Notes: generated by a model not told the origin, from the letters alone. A stretch of DNA of 64,000 nt from an uncultured delta proteobacterium (GCA_963793865.1 CAWCBP010000001.1:256001-320000); one strand, 5' to 3'; shown: positions 10,585-21,216, counted from the stretch's first letter. Made by a program: numbers and translations.

Positions 10585-12624
10585 ATCAGTTACACAATAG
10601 CCATTGATACCGGTGGTACCTTCACCGATGGTTTTTTTGTGTTTGATAACCGGGTGGAAACAGTCAAGGTATCAACCACGCCCCATGATCTGACCGTTTG
10701 CTTCCTCGAATGCATCAGGGCCGGCGCGCGCCGTCTGGGCGTTGCGGTTGAGGATTTGCTCTACGGCGCTGAGATTGTGCGTTTCGCAAACACCATCGGC
10801 ACCAACACCATCATCCAACGAGACGGCAGCAAGGTAGGCCTGATTCTTACCGCCGGCAGGGAAAAGCTCGCGCCGGTTCATGGGAGCGACGGCAAGGCGC
10901 CCCTGGTCCAGCCGGACATGGTGTTCGGCCTTGATGAGGAAGTTTCCCCGGAGGGCAGGCTGGTGAGGGCCCCCGGCGAACAGGCCGTCCTCTCCTGCGC
11001 CCAGGAGCTCATAGACCGGGGCGCGCGCTGTCTGGTGGTGGCCTTTGCCAATTCCGAATGCAACCCCGGGAACGAGCGCCTCATCCGCCGCGTGGTCAAG
11101 CGCGAATACCCCCGCGATTTTCTCGGCTCGGTGCCCGTGTTTCTCTCCTCCGACATTTCACGCCGGTCGGGTGAGGCCGAGCGCATTAACGCGGCGGTGC
11201 TAAATGCCTACATCCACGCCAAGCTGGTTCGGCTGCTCTACAAGGCGGGCGAGGAGCTGCGCCGCAGCCTCTACCGGAAGCATCTCTTCATTGTGCACAA
11301 CAACGGCGCCGTGGCCCGGGTGGCCAAGACCAGATCCATCAACACCTATAACTCGGGGCCCGCGGCCGGGCTGCTGGGCGCGCGGCTTGTCGGCGGGCTC
11401 TACGGGCAGGGCAATCTGATCTCCGCCGACATGGGGGGCACTTCATTTGATATCGGTTATGTCCGCGACGGCCAGGTCAGCATTGACCTCAATCCGGAGG
11501 TGGAAGGCTTTGCCGTCAATGTGCCCATGCTGGCGGTCAGGGCCATCGGTGCGGGCGGCGGCTCAATTGCCTCGGTAACCGACGGCGCGCTCACGGTGGG
11601 CCCCCGGTCCGCCGGCGCGCTTCCCGGTCCTGTCTGCTTCGACCTGGGCGGCGCGGAACCGACCGTCACTGACGCGGATCTCATCCTGGGAATCCTTGAC
11701 CCCGGCTATTTTCTGGGCGGGTCCATGATGCTGAACGCGGCCCGGGCCCTGTCGGTCATGGAGGAAAAAATCGGCCGTCCCCTCGGCCTGCCCGCGGTGA
11801 AGGCGGCCATGTCCATCAAGGGGATGATTGACCAGGCCATGGGGCGGGAGATATTGCGCCTCAAGCAGGAGATCTGGCCATCGGGTGAAAATCCGCCCCT
11901 GGTGATATACGGAGGCGCGGGCCCCGCGCACTGCTGCCATCTGGCCGGGATCGCCGGTATCGATACCATCATCATCACCCCCTTCTCCGCCGTCTTTTCA
12001 GCCTTCTCCGCGTCAGGCATGGATGTGGGACACCTCTACTACCGCCGCGTCGATCTTCCCATCGCCTCTCTTGATGAGGGCGGCGAGCTGCGGGCGCAGA
12101 TTGACTCCATGTATAAAGAGGCCATGCGGGACATGCGCGGGGAAGGCTTCAGCGCGGAAATGATTGCGACGGAACTCGGCCTGCTGGTGCGGCCGGCAGC
12201 CGGCGGAACCGAGGTGCAGCTGACGGTTCCGGGTGACGCCCTCGATGATCCGGCACGGATAAAACGGGAAGCACACGCTCTGCTGCAAGCTGGAGGGCAT
12301 GGTGACAGCGGTGAATGGCGGCTTACCACGGTGAGCCTCAGGGTGAGGGCTGAAATCCCCCGCTATGCAATGGCCCAATATCCTCCTGTCACCCATGGAA
12401 TTGAAAAGGCGCTCAAAGGGCGGCGGAAGGTTTTTCTGCAGGCGGATGGCGGTGCCCATGAACTCAGCGTGTATGACGGCGAGCGCCTTGAGAACGGTCA
12501 TCGGATCGCGGGGCCGGCGCTGGTTGAAACCGAGCATACCACCCTGCTGGTTGCGGCGGGCTGGAAGGCTGCGGTAGACAGGTACCACAACACCATACTG
12601 ACGAGGACAGCGGGTGAAGGTTAG
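10585..12624 (+). CDS. Hydantoinase A/oxoprolinase family; acetophenone carboxylase ApcA-like subunit
   Basis: IDTGGTFTD, SGPAAG, DMGGTSFD, GAGGGSIA, PTVTDAD; the SD points to an ATC codon at 10585. Confidence 0.8.
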   Translation: MSYTIAIDTGGTFTDGFFVFDNRVETVKVSTTPHDLTVCFLECIRAGARRLGVAVEDLLYGAEIVRFANTIGTNTIIQRDGSKVGLILTAGREKLAPVHGSDGKAPLVQPDMVFGLDEEVSPEGRLVRAPGEQAVLSCAQELIDRGARCLVVAFANSECNPGNERLIRRVVKREYPRDFLGSVPVFLSSDISRRSGEAERINAAVLNAYIHAKLVRLLYKAGEELRRSLYRKHLFIVHNNGAVARVAKTRSINTYNSGPAAGLLGARLVGGLYGQGNLISADMGGTSFDIGYVRDGQVSIDLNPEVEGFAVNVPMLAVRAIGAGGGSIASVTDGALTVGPRSAGALPGPVCFDLGGAEPTVTDADLILGILDPGYFLGGSMMLNAARALSVMEEKIGRPLGLPAVKAAMSIKGMIDQAMGREILRLKQEIWPSGENPPLVIYGGAGPAHCCHLAGIAGIDTIIITPFSAVFSAFSASGMDVGHLYYRRVDLPIASLDEGGELRAQIDSMYKEAMRDMRGEGFSAEMIATELGLLVRPAAGGTEVQLTVPGDALDDPARIKREAHALLQAGGHGDSGEWRLTTVSLRVRAEIPRYAMAQYPPVTHGIEKALKGRRKVFLQADGGAHELSVYDGERLENGHRIAGPALVETEHTTLLVAAGWKAAVDRYHNTILTRTAGEG

Positions 12625-12943
12625 CATTACCGAATATCTGGAGATCGACCTGGACCATGAAATGTGGTGCTGCCGGCGATGCGGCTCACCCCTGGCCCCG
12701 GCGCGGGAGAATTACAAGCACGGGTGCCTGGTGGCCGAGCGGCCGCTTCCCGAGGTGCATCCGCCCCTGGTGGAGGGGGCGGCGTACAGCTTCTGCCCCG
12801 ACAGCGATTTTTGCAGACTCATAGAGTTTTACTGCCCTTCATGCGGCGTGATGATAGAAAATGAATACCTGCCGCCGGGTCACCCGGTGACTCACGATAT
12901 TGAACTCGATATTGACGCTCTCAAAAAGCGTTACGGGGCGTGA
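12614..12943 (+). CDS. Acetone carboxylase gamma/ApcB-like small Cys-rich subunit
   Basis: ITEYLEID, CRRC, NYK.G, EFYCPSCG..IENEY, HDIELD. Confidence 0.85.
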   Translation: MKVSITEYLEIDLDHEMWCCRRCGSPLAPARENYKHGCLVAERPLPEVHPPLVEGAAYSFCPDSDFCRLIEFYCPSCGVMIENEYLPPGHPVTHDIELDIDALKKRYGA

Positions 12944-12944
12944 C

Positions 12945-13898
12945 GTGGAGACGGGGCAAATCCTCTTCAGCAAGTTCGTCAAGGGAGAATCCGCAACCCG
13001 GCCGGCTTTCGTGCCGCTCATTGGGGGCGTGCTTCCGAGGGTCGCGGGAATACCGCTGAAGGAATTGACTGCTGATGCCACCCTCTGGGCGAACAGCCTT
13101 CAGAAGACAGTCGAATTATTTAACTTCGACGGGGTTGTGCTCGGCTTTGATTTCAGCCTGATGGCGGAGGCCTGCGGCTGCGGGATTTCCTGGGATGGGG
13201 ACCGTCCTGTGGTGTCATGTCCGGCAGTTGCCGTGTGCCAGGTTCCGGAGGAAAACGGCCGGATGCAATATGCCCTGGAGGCGGGCAGACGGGTCATCAG
13301 CGTGTGCGGCAATGACCGGGCCTGCGTTGTGGCGCTCACCGGACCGGCAACCCTGTCCGCCCAGCTTTTCGGCCGGGAGCAAGGCTCCGAACGCACGGCT
13401 GACTGCAAAGGGCTGCTGGTTCGCATCACCGAGGAATTTTGCCGGTTGCGGCCCCACGGCCTGGCCTTCATGGAGGAATGCTCCATGGCTGCGGCCGGGA
13501 TTGATTCGGCCCAGCGGCGGATCTATAGCACCCTCAAGAATATAGCGGCCTACTACAATATACCGGCCGGCCTGTACCTGCAGGGTTACCAGCCCGGAAC
13601 CCTGGGGCAGTTCGCAAACCTGAAAATGGATTTTTATATCCTGGGGCCTTCACAGGCGGGCGGCCTGCCCGTGCTTTCAGATCTGTGGGATCTGGGCAGG
13701 GATTCTCTGGGCGTGGGCATAGGGCTGCCGGTGGATCACCTGGAAAAGACCAGGGAATTCATCAGGCAGGGCGTGGAGTATTGTCGCGGCGGTGAAAAGC
13801 GGGGATTCTTTTTTACCAGCTGCGGTGAGGTCGACCGGTCAATTGATCTGGGCATACTCCGACAGGTGACGGAGGAAGTCCGGCAGGTCCGGTTGTGA
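12945..13898 (+). CDS. URO-D/MtaA-fold-like protein inside the carboxylase operon (possible accessory subunit)
   Basis: FDG...FDFSLMAEACGC, LTGPATL; position between carboxylase subunits; start uncertain (12900-12945). Confidence 0.55.
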   Translation: METGQILFSKFVKGESATRPAFVPLIGGVLPRVAGIPLKELTADATLWANSLQKTVELFNFDGVVLGFDFSLMAEACGCGISWDGDRPVVSCPAVAVCQVPEENGRMQYALEAGRRVISVCGNDRACVVALTGPATLSAQLFGREQGSERTADCKGLLVRITEEFCRLRPHGLAFMEECSMAAAGIDSAQRRIYSTLKNIAAYYNIPAGLYLQGYQPGTLGQFANLKMDFYILGPSQAGGLPVLSDLWDLGRDSLGVGIGLPVDHLEKTREFIRQGVEYCRGGEKRGFFFTSCGEVDRSIDLGILRQVTEEVRQVRL

Positions 13899-13928
13899 GC
13901 CTTTTAAATATCCTGCCAGGGACAGAAG

Positions 13929-16067
13929 ATGGGTTTTAACATCAACATTGACATTGGCGGCACATTTACCGATTTCTTTGCCGGGCATGATGACCGGGGA
14001 AGCCGGATCACCAAGACGCCTACCACCCACTATGATCTTTCAGTGGGCTTCATGCGCGGGATCCGCGAGCTTGCCGGCGCCTATGATCTCTCGTTTCAGA
14101 GCTTCCTCGGTCAGACGAATCAGGTCCGTTACTGCACCACCCTGGGGACCAATTCGCTCATCGAGAGGACCGGTCCCAAGCTGGGCCTGATCACCACCGC
14201 CGGCTTTGAAGACGCCATTTTCCTGGGAAGGGGGCGGAGCTGGGCCGACGGCATTATCGGTCAGGACAACAAGGATCTTTCCCGCATCAACAAGCCGCTT
14301 CCCCTCATTTCACGCGACATGGTGGTGGGGGTGCGTGAGCGCATTGACTCATTCGGACAGGTCATCTGCCCGCTCAATCGCGACGAGATTCTGGAAAAGC
14401 TGCAGTACCTGGTGGACCAGGGCGCCATGGGATTCGTGGTCTGCCTCTTATGGTCATTCATTAACCCATCCCACGAGCGCATGATCAAAGAGGTGATCGA
14501 GGAGGAGTACCCGGAAGATTACCTGGGGTCCATGTCGGTAACCCTGTCGAGCGAGGTGTCCGCCAAGTGCGGGGAATACACCCGCTTCATTACCGCAATC
14601 GTCAATGCCTACATCCATGGAATCATGGCGGAAGAGCTCAACAAGCTGGTTAATGTGTTGCGTGATGGAGGCTATAAAAAGCCATTGATTTTAGTGCATA
14701 ATACCGGGGGCATGAAAAAGCTTTCCCGGACCAAGGCGGTCCTGACCCACAATGCCGGTCCCGTGGCCGGCCTGCACGGCGCGCTGGTGACCGGGAAGCA
14801 ATACGGATTCAGCAACAGCATATTTACCGATATGGGGGGTACCTCGTACGACATCGGGGTTATAACCGGCGGCCAGCTGAAAACCTATGACTTCATACCG
14901 GTCATCGACCGCTGGCGCACCAACATACCTGCCATTGAAATTAAATCCATCGGCGCCGGCGGCGGATCCATAGCCTGGATCAATAAATTAATGGACAATG
15001 CCCTGCAGGTAGGACCCCGGTCCGCGGGATCCATGCCCGGGCCCGCCTGTTACGACCAGGGCGGCCATGAGCCGACGGTCACCGACGCGGACCTGGTTCT
15101 GGGCTACCTTAATCCCGACAACTACCTGGGCGGAAAGATACTGCTTGATCCCGACCTGAGCAGGAAGGCCATCGAGGAGAAGGTTGCCCGTCCCCTGGGC
15201 ATCGATGTCATGGAGGCTGCCTCGCGCATCCGCCGGATCATTGACGCCTACATGGGGCAGGAGGTGTTCAAGGAAGTGGTGCTGAAAGGTCACGATCCCC
15301 GCGACCTGGCCCTCTTTGCCTGCGGCGGAGCCGGCCCCACCCATGCCTGCAGCATCGCGCCCCATCTCGGCGTGAGCAGGGTTATCGTTCCCTTCCACTC
15401 CTCGGTTTCCGGGGCCTTCGGCGCCTCCACGGTGAATATTCAGCAGGTCTGGGAAAAATCCCGAACCTTGAAAATATTCAAGTGGACCACCCAGTCCTAC
15501 TCGGAGGAGGTGGACCAGTTCAACGGCGTGGTGGATGAGATGGTTGATCTGGCGCGGCGCGACCTGCGCCTGGAGGGCTTCAGCGACGAGCAGATCCGCT
15601 TCCGCCTGGAGCTGGACATGCGCTACGGCATGCAGTTCAACCTGACCAAAATTGTTTCGCCTCACGTGCGGGTCTCCTCTGCGCATGATTTTAAAACCAT
15701 CTGCGACACCTTTTCGGACCAGTACGCGTCCATCTATTCGCCGGAGGCCACCTTTCCCCAGGGCGGCATCAACGTGGAGTGCTTTTATCTTACCGCCTAT
15801 GTGGAGACCCCGTCCCCGAAAGTGCTGCCGGTGAAGCCGGGGGCAAAGGAGCCTCCGCCGGGATCCCGGGGTGAGTCGAGGCGGGCTTACTGGAACTCCC
15901 TGCAGGATGTGAAGGAGACCCCGGTGTTTATTTTTGAATCGCTCCAGCCGGGCAACGGCATAAACGGGCCGGCCATTATCGAGGCGCGTGATACCACCTA
16001 TGTGGTGGAGCCGGGATGGCGGTTTACCCTGGACGGGTTTTACAACGGCGTGCTGGAGCTGATCTAG
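13929..16067 (+). CDS. Hydantoinase A family; acetophenone carboxylase ApcC-like subunit
   Basis: IDIGGTFTD, GPVAG, DMGGTSYD, GAGGGSIA, PGPACY, GGAGPTH. Confidence 0.85.
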   Translation: MGFNINIDIGGTFTDFFAGHDDRGSRITKTPTTHYDLSVGFMRGIRELAGAYDLSFQSFLGQTNQVRYCTTLGTNSLIERTGPKLGLITTAGFEDAIFLGRGRSWADGIIGQDNKDLSRINKPLPLISRDMVVGVRERIDSFGQVICPLNRDEILEKLQYLVDQGAMGFVVCLLWSFINPSHERMIKEVIEEEYPEDYLGSMSVTLSSEVSAKCGEYTRFITAIVNAYIHGIMAEELNKLVNVLRDGGYKKPLILVHNTGGMKKLSRTKAVLTHNAGPVAGLHGALVTGKQYGFSNSIFTDMGGTSYDIGVITGGQLKTYDFIPVIDRWRTNIPAIEIKSIGAGGGSIAWINKLMDNALQVGPRSAGSMPGPACYDQGGHEPTVTDADLVLGYLNPDNYLGGKILLDPDLSRKAIEEKVARPLGIDVMEAASRIRRIIDAYMGQEVFKEVVLKGHDPRDLALFACGGAGPTHACSIAPHLGVSRVIVPFHSSVSGAFGASTVNIQQVWEKSRTLKIFKWTTQSYSEEVDQFNGVVDEMVDLARRDLRLEGFSDEQIRFRLELDMRYGMQFNLTKIVSPHVRVSSAHDFKTICDTFSDQYASIYSPEATFPQGGINVECFYLTAYVETPSPKVLPVKPGAKEPPPGSRGESRRAYWNSLQDVKETPVFIFESLQPGNGINGPAIIEARDTTYVVEPGWRFTLDGFYNGVLELI

Positions 16068-16192
16068 CAGGCTGGTGAAAAACACCCATCTGCTGCGTTA
16101 CGCTCATCCTTCGTCATTGCAGCGTACTTGCATGTACGCCTCATTCCTCAGGATTTCGCGTGCCTTGCATCTGGATGTTTTTGACCAGCCTG
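16068..16192. mobile_element. MITE-like element with about 21 bp terminal inverted repeats
   Basis: CAGGCTGGTGAAAAACACCCA ... TGGATGTTTTTGACCAGCCTG, directly after a TAG stop. Confidence 0.7.
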
Positions 16193-16279
16193 GGGAAAAC
16201 TGGGACGCGACGGAGAGCGCCCCTCCAAATAATCCATTTTATTGTTAGGTTGGCAGACCTTTCATGAAGGAATGAAGTT

Positions 16280-18388
16280 ATGCAGGGTTTCACCTATGGC
16301 AGAGACAGCGATATTGTCCAGCACCTGAAGCCTGAGCCGATGACTCCGGAGGAGCAGGCGGCGCAGGGCAAGATTGAAGATGTGGACTTCGAGATCTTCA
16401 CCCACAAGATGAACATGATCGCCCAGGAAGGCAAAGAGACCACCATGAAGCTGGGTGCTTCAACCGGCATGCGCTGGGGAGACGTCGCCTTCGGAATTTA
16501 TACCCTGAAGGGGGACCTGGCGGTGGTGGCGACGGGGATCTGGTTCCACGCGGTGCTGGGCCAGATTCCGGTCAAGTACATGGTCAAGCACTGGCTCAAC
16601 GAGCCGTCGGTGGGGATCAGGGAGGGAGACGCGTTTTTCTTTAACGATCCGTTCTACGGCGGCGTCCATCCGGCCGACATGGGGCTCTGCGTGCCGGTCT
16701 TCTACAAAGGCAAGCTGGTGTGCTTCGCGGGAGCGATTGTGCACACCGGTGAAAACGGCGGGACTGACCCGGGAGGATTGAGCGCCATTGCCCGGTCCAA
16801 GTACGATGAGGGTATTATTGTTCCTCCCTTGAAGATCGGTGAGAATTATACCCTGAAGGAAGATGTCCTGGCCATGTTTGCCGCCATGAACCGGGATGCC
16901 CGCACCATGATCCTGGACATCAAGGCCCGGCTGGCCGCGGCGCGCATTGCCGAGCGCCGCATTATCGAGCTGATCGACCAGAAGGGACTGTCATTCTTCC
17001 TGGGCGCGCTGAGAAAAATTCTCACCGTTACCGCCCAGGCGGCAAAAAAGAAGGTGAGCGGTTTACATGACGGCACTTTCCGCCAGCCCCGCTTCATGGA
17101 TACCGTGGGTCCGGAGCCGGGACTGACCAAGCTTAATATAATCGTGACCAAGAGGGGTGAGACCATCAGGTTTGCCTTCGAGGATACCACGCCGCTGCTG
17201 CGGGATAAGCCGCTCAACACCTATTTTCAGGGCATCATCGGTCTGGCCATGGTCTATTTCTGCGGCTGGTTTTTCTATGATCTTCCCGCCAACAATGGTC
17301 TTTTGGAAACGCTCGAATGGGAATTTCCCGATGATGCTATGATTAATGCCCGGGATGATGCCCCCACCTCTCTTTCACCCTTTACCCAGATATGCTTTGC
17401 CCACGGCATGTTTCTCTGCGGTGCGCGCATGACCTATCACCGGGACCCGCTGCGCGCCGTTGCCGCCTGGTTCCAGGGTTTCAGCGTTCCGATTTTCGGA
17501 GGCATCAACCAGTGGGGCGAGCCCGTCGCCGACATTACCCCCGAAATCAACGCCACCGGCGCCGGGGCGCGGCCGGACATGGACGGGGTCAGCGGGGCGG
17601 GATCATTTTTTGCCACCATGAGCGATTGTTCCGACGTGGAAACAACCGAGTCGGACAGGCCCTTCATCTACCTCTTCCGCAATTACTTTAAGAACTCCTA
17701 CGGTCATGGGAAATTCCGCGGCGGGGCTGGAGTGGGCTACGGCCTGATGACGCACCACGTGCCCGCGGTGGGCATGGGCTGTTTCGGGTTTGGATCGAAG
17801 ATGCCTTCCACCATGGGCATCTTCGGGGGATACGCCGTGCCGCCGGTTTTCATCCAGATGGTGAGCGGGAGCAGCATGAAGTCGCTTCTGGCGCAGGGCG
17901 TCCCTTCGCTTCACACCACGCTGGATCAGCTCTATGAAAATACCAGTATCGAGGAAGGGAATCGCGTGTATGAACACGTCACCATGAAGATTACCCCGCT
18001 GATGAACGGCGATACCTTCTATGTTCCGGTGGGAGGCGGCGCCGGGTACGGGGATGCACTGGAGCGCGATCCCCGGGCGGTCATGGATGACCTGCGAAAC
18101 GGGCTTACCAGCCACTGGGCGGCCCGGCATATCTATAGGCTTGTGTATGATGAGAAGACGCTTCGGCTTGATCCGGAAGAGACAGAAAAGCTTAGAGAGC
18201 AGACCAGGACGGAGCGAAAGCGCAGGGGCAAACCGTATGCCGAGTTTGAAAAGGAATGGCTTAAACTGCGCCCCCCGGCACACGTCATCAAATACTATGG
18301 CAGCTATCCCCATCCCGCTGAAGGGACCGGGAAACCCCTGCCCGGGTCAGCCCCGCCCGGAAATAACCCTGAGGGAAATGACGCATGA
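16280..18388 (+). CDS. Hydantoinase B family; acetophenone carboxylase ApcD-like subunit
   Basis: NDPFYGGVHPAD, HTGE.GG..PGG, GKFRGG, GGGAGYGDALERDP. Confidence 0.85.
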   Translation: MQGFTYGRDSDIVQHLKPEPMTPEEQAAQGKIEDVDFEIFTHKMNMIAQEGKETTMKLGASTGMRWGDVAFGIYTLKGDLAVVATGIWFHAVLGQIPVKYMVKHWLNEPSVGIREGDAFFFNDPFYGGVHPADMGLCVPVFYKGKLVCFAGAIVHTGENGGTDPGGLSAIARSKYDEGIIVPPLKIGENYTLKEDVLAMFAAMNRDARTMILDIKARLAAARIAERRIIELIDQKGLSFFLGALRKILTVTAQAAKKKVSGLHDGTFRQPRFMDTVGPEPGLTKLNIIVTKRGETIRFAFEDTTPLLRDKPLNTYFQGIIGLAMVYFCGWFFYDLPANNGLLETLEWEFPDDAMINARDDAPTSLSPFTQICFAHGMFLCGARMTYHRDPLRAVAAWFQGFSVPIFGGINQWGEPVADITPEINATGAGARPDMDGVSGAGSFFATMSDCSDVETTESDRPFIYLFRNYFKNSYGHGKFRGGAGVGYGLMTHHVPAVGMGCFGFGSKMPSTMGIFGGYAVPPVFIQMVSGSSMKSLLAQGVPSLHTTLDQLYENTSIEEGNRVYEHVTMKITPLMNGDTFYVPVGGGAGYGDALERDPRAVMDDLRNGLTSHWAARHIYRLVYDEKTLRLDPEETEKLREQTRTERKRRGKPYAEFEKEWLKLRPPAHVIKYYGSYPHPAEGTGKPLPGSAPPGNNPEGNDA

Positions 18389-19983
18389 TCATAAAAGACC
18401 TGGTACACGAGCGGACCATTCACGGGCTTCTCAAACAACAGGTGCAGCGCTACGGCAGCCGCACATTCTTTAATTACAAGCAGCAGGCCTTCAGCTACGA
18501 AGACCTGGAGCGGGAATCCGACCGGGTGGCCGCGGGACTTCAATCCCTGGGGGTGGGTAAGGGGGACAAGGTGGCCATCGTGATGAGCAACCGGCCCGAG
18601 TACCTGTTCCTCTGGTTCGGACTGTGCAAGCTGGGAGCAATAGAAGTCCCGGTCAACACCGCGCACCGCGGTTCCATTCTTACCTACATGGTTGACCAGG
18701 CCGATTGCCGCCTGCTGGTGGCTGAATTTCCCTACCTGGACCGGGTGGCCCCGGTGCTCGGCTCACTGCCCAAGGTTGAAAAGGTGCTGGTGCTGAACGA
18801 CGGGGGTGAGAAAGTTCCCGCGCTTGACAAGCCTGCGCTTGACTACCGCGCGGTCATGGACAACGGCGGCGCCTATCGCGCGGCGGACGTGCTCTGGTCC
18901 GACCCCTTCATCATCATGTTTACCTCCGGCACCACCGGGCCGTCCAAGGGTTCGCTGATGCCCCACAATTACGCGCTTTACATGGGTGAGCTTACCTGCG
19001 CGGCCACCGGCTACGATGAAAAGGACTGCCTCTATAATGCGCTGCCCCTCTTTCACGGCAACGCGCAGCTGCTCTCCACCATGCCCGCGCTGATGAGCGG
19101 GGCGCGCATGGTGCTGGCCGAACGCTTTTCAGCCAGCAAGTTCTGGGATGAAATAAAGGAGCACGGGTGCACGGAATTTAATTACATCGGCGGCATCCTG
19201 CCCATTCTTTTCAAGGCGGAACCCAGGCCGGACGATGCGGACAATCCCCTGCGCATTCTTTACGGCGGCGGGGCGTCACCGGACATCTGGGCGGCCTTTG
19301 AAAAGCGGTTCGGGGTCACCATCATTGAGGGGTATGGCATGAGCGAAATCGGCATTCCCCTGATGAACACCCCGGAGGCGCGCAAGCCGGGCACCTGCGG
19401 AAAGGTTTTGCCCGACTACGCGGTCAAGGTGGTTGACGACAACGGTGTGGAAGTGGGCCCCGCTGCCACCGGCGAGCTGCTTATACGCCCGCTCAAGCCC
19501 TATTGCATGCTCCTCGAGTACTACAGGATGCCTGAGAAAACAGTCGAGGCCTGCCGGGACATGTGGTTTCACACCGGCGATTACCTCTACTGTGACGGGG
19601 AAGGCTTCTTTCACTTTGTGGACCGGAAGAAGGACGCCATCAGGCGACGGGGTGAAAACATTTCATCCTACGAGGTGGAGAAGGTGATCAACTCCCACCC
19701 GGCGATCAGGGAATCGGCGGCGGTGGCGGTCAAGTCGGATCTGGGGGAGGACGAGGTCATGGTCTGCCTTTCCTGCAGGGAGGGAAAACAGGTTGCACCG
19801 GTGGAGCTGATTGCCTACTGCGAAGAGCATATGGCCTACTTCATGATCCCCCGCTACCTGCGCATCATGCAGGAGCTTCCCAAGACCCCCACCCAGCGGG
19901 TTAAAAAGTATGAGCTGCGTGATCAGGGGGTGACCTCCGATACCTGGGACCGGGAAAAGGCGGGATACAAGCTCAAACGGTGA
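18385..19983 (+). CDS. AMP-forming acyl/aryl-CoA ligase (CaiC/Bal-like)
   Basis: FTSGTTGPSKG, EGYGMSE, WFHTGD, DRKKDAIRRRGENIS, PKTPTQRVKK. Confidence 0.88.
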   Translation: MIIKDLVHERTIHGLLKQQVQRYGSRTFFNYKQQAFSYEDLERESDRVAAGLQSLGVGKGDKVAIVMSNRPEYLFLWFGLCKLGAIEVPVNTAHRGSILTYMVDQADCRLLVAEFPYLDRVAPVLGSLPKVEKVLVLNDGGEKVPALDKPALDYRAVMDNGGAYRAADVLWSDPFIIMFTSGTTGPSKGSLMPHNYALYMGELTCAATGYDEKDCLYNALPLFHGNAQLLSTMPALMSGARMVLAERFSASKFWDEIKEHGCTEFNYIGGILPILFKAEPRPDDADNPLRILYGGGASPDIWAAFEKRFGVTIIEGYGMSEIGIPLMNTPEARKPGTCGKVLPDYAVKVVDDNGVEVGPAATGELLIRPLKPYCMLLEYYRMPEKTVEACRDMWFHTGDYLYCDGEGFFHFVDRKKDAIRRRGENISSYEVEKVINSHPAIRESAAVAVKSDLGEDEVMVCLSCREGKQVAPVELIAYCEEHMAYFMIPRYLRIMQELPKTPTQRVKKYELRDQGVTSDTWDREKAGYKLKR

Positions 19984-20040
19984 GGGTCTTGTCTCAGACA
20001 TAACTATCGTGAACGACTTTAAAAAGTTGACAGGGAGGTT

Positions 20041-20106
20041 GTCATTGCGAGCGTTAGCGAAGCAATCTCATTAGATTGCCGCGTCGCATGCGCTCCTCGC
20101 AATGAC
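20041..20106. repeat. Palindromic REP-like element (GTCATTGCGAG...CTCGCAATGAC)
   Basis: 11 bp terminal inverted repeat plus inner gcaatct/agattgc inverted repeat. Confidence 0.75.
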
Positions 20107-20172
20107 CATGTATAAATAAACCAGTATGTAATGAACTTCTGGGACACGACACGGGTTTGCTGAGGCGGAAAG

Positions 20173-21216
20173 ATGAAGGCTATTGTCCTGCAGGCAGAAA
20201 ATCAATTGGCCGTCAAGGATGTTCCTGAGCCGGAACTGCAGAAGGAAAGCGATGTGATGGTCAGGGTGACAACCTCCGCCATCTGCGGCTCCGACATTCA
20301 CATCAAGCACGGCCTCATGCCCGGCATCGGCCCGGGCACCATCATGGGGCACGAGTTTGTGGGCGTTGTCGAACGGGCCGGATCCGCGGTAACCAGGTTT
20401 AAGCCGGGTGACCGGGTGGCTGCGCCGGCTGCCGTCTGGTGCGGTATTTGTGCTTTCTGCAGGCGGGGCGATGTCCAGTACTGTGAAAACGGCGGTGTCT
20501 GGGGCGGAGGGGAGTTCCTCGGAAGGGGCCTCAGCGGTGTTCAGACAGGCTATGTGCGCGTGCCCTATGCGGATGCATGCCTTACTCCCATACCCGACTC
20601 GGTTTCCGATGAACAGGCGGTGTTTGTGGGCGATGTGTTCAGCACCGGCTATTACGCCGCGCGTGAAGGACACATAGGTACCGGTGACACGGTGGCCGTT
20701 TTCGGATGCGGGCCCATAGGACTGGCGGCCCTGGTGGCCGCGTGGCAGTTCGGCGCAGGGCGGGTGATCGGTGTTGACATGTTTCCCAATCGACTGCAGG
20801 TGGCGCAGCACTACGGCGCCACCGTAATTGATGCCCGCGACGGAGCGGTCGCGGAGCGGGTCAGGGAAGCGGCCGGCATCGGAGGGGTTGATGTGGCCAT
20901 TGAAGCGGTGGGCAAAACGGAGACCTTCGAACACGCGCTGCAGTCGGTGCGACGAGGCGGCACCGTCTCGGCGGTGGGGCTCTTTTTTGAACCGGTGACC
21001 TTTCCCATCCAGGAGCTGGTGATCCGGGGCGTGCATCTTAACATGGGGCTGGGGAACCTCGGCTTCATGGGCCGGCTTATGAACCTGATTGCCGCGGGGC
21101 GGGTGGACCTCTCACCGCTGGTCACGCACACCTTTTCCCTGAATGACGGGCTCCAGGCCTATGACCTGATGGAGAACCACAAGGAACGCTGCATCAAGGT
21201 GCTGCTGAAGCCATGA
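20173..21216 (+). CDS. Zn-dependent medium-chain alcohol dehydrogenase
   Basis: ICGSD, GHEFVG, CxxCxxC..C structural Zn site, GCGPIG. Confidence 0.9.
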   Translation: MKAIVLQAENQLAVKDVPEPELQKESDVMVRVTTSAICGSDIHIKHGLMPGIGPGTIMGHEFVGVVERAGSAVTRFKPGDRVAAPAAVWCGICAFCRRGDVQYCENGGVWGGGEFLGRGLSGVQTGYVRVPYADACLTPIPDSVSDEQAVFVGDVFSTGYYAAREGHIGTGDTVAVFGCGPIGLAALVAAWQFGAGRVIGVDMFPNRLQVAQHYGATVIDARDGAVAERVREAAGIGGVDVAIEAVGKTETFEHALQSVRRGGTVSAVGLFFEPVTFPIQELVIRGVHLNMGLGNLGFMGRLMNLIAAGRVDLSPLVTHTFSLNDGLQAYDLMENHKERCIKVLLKP

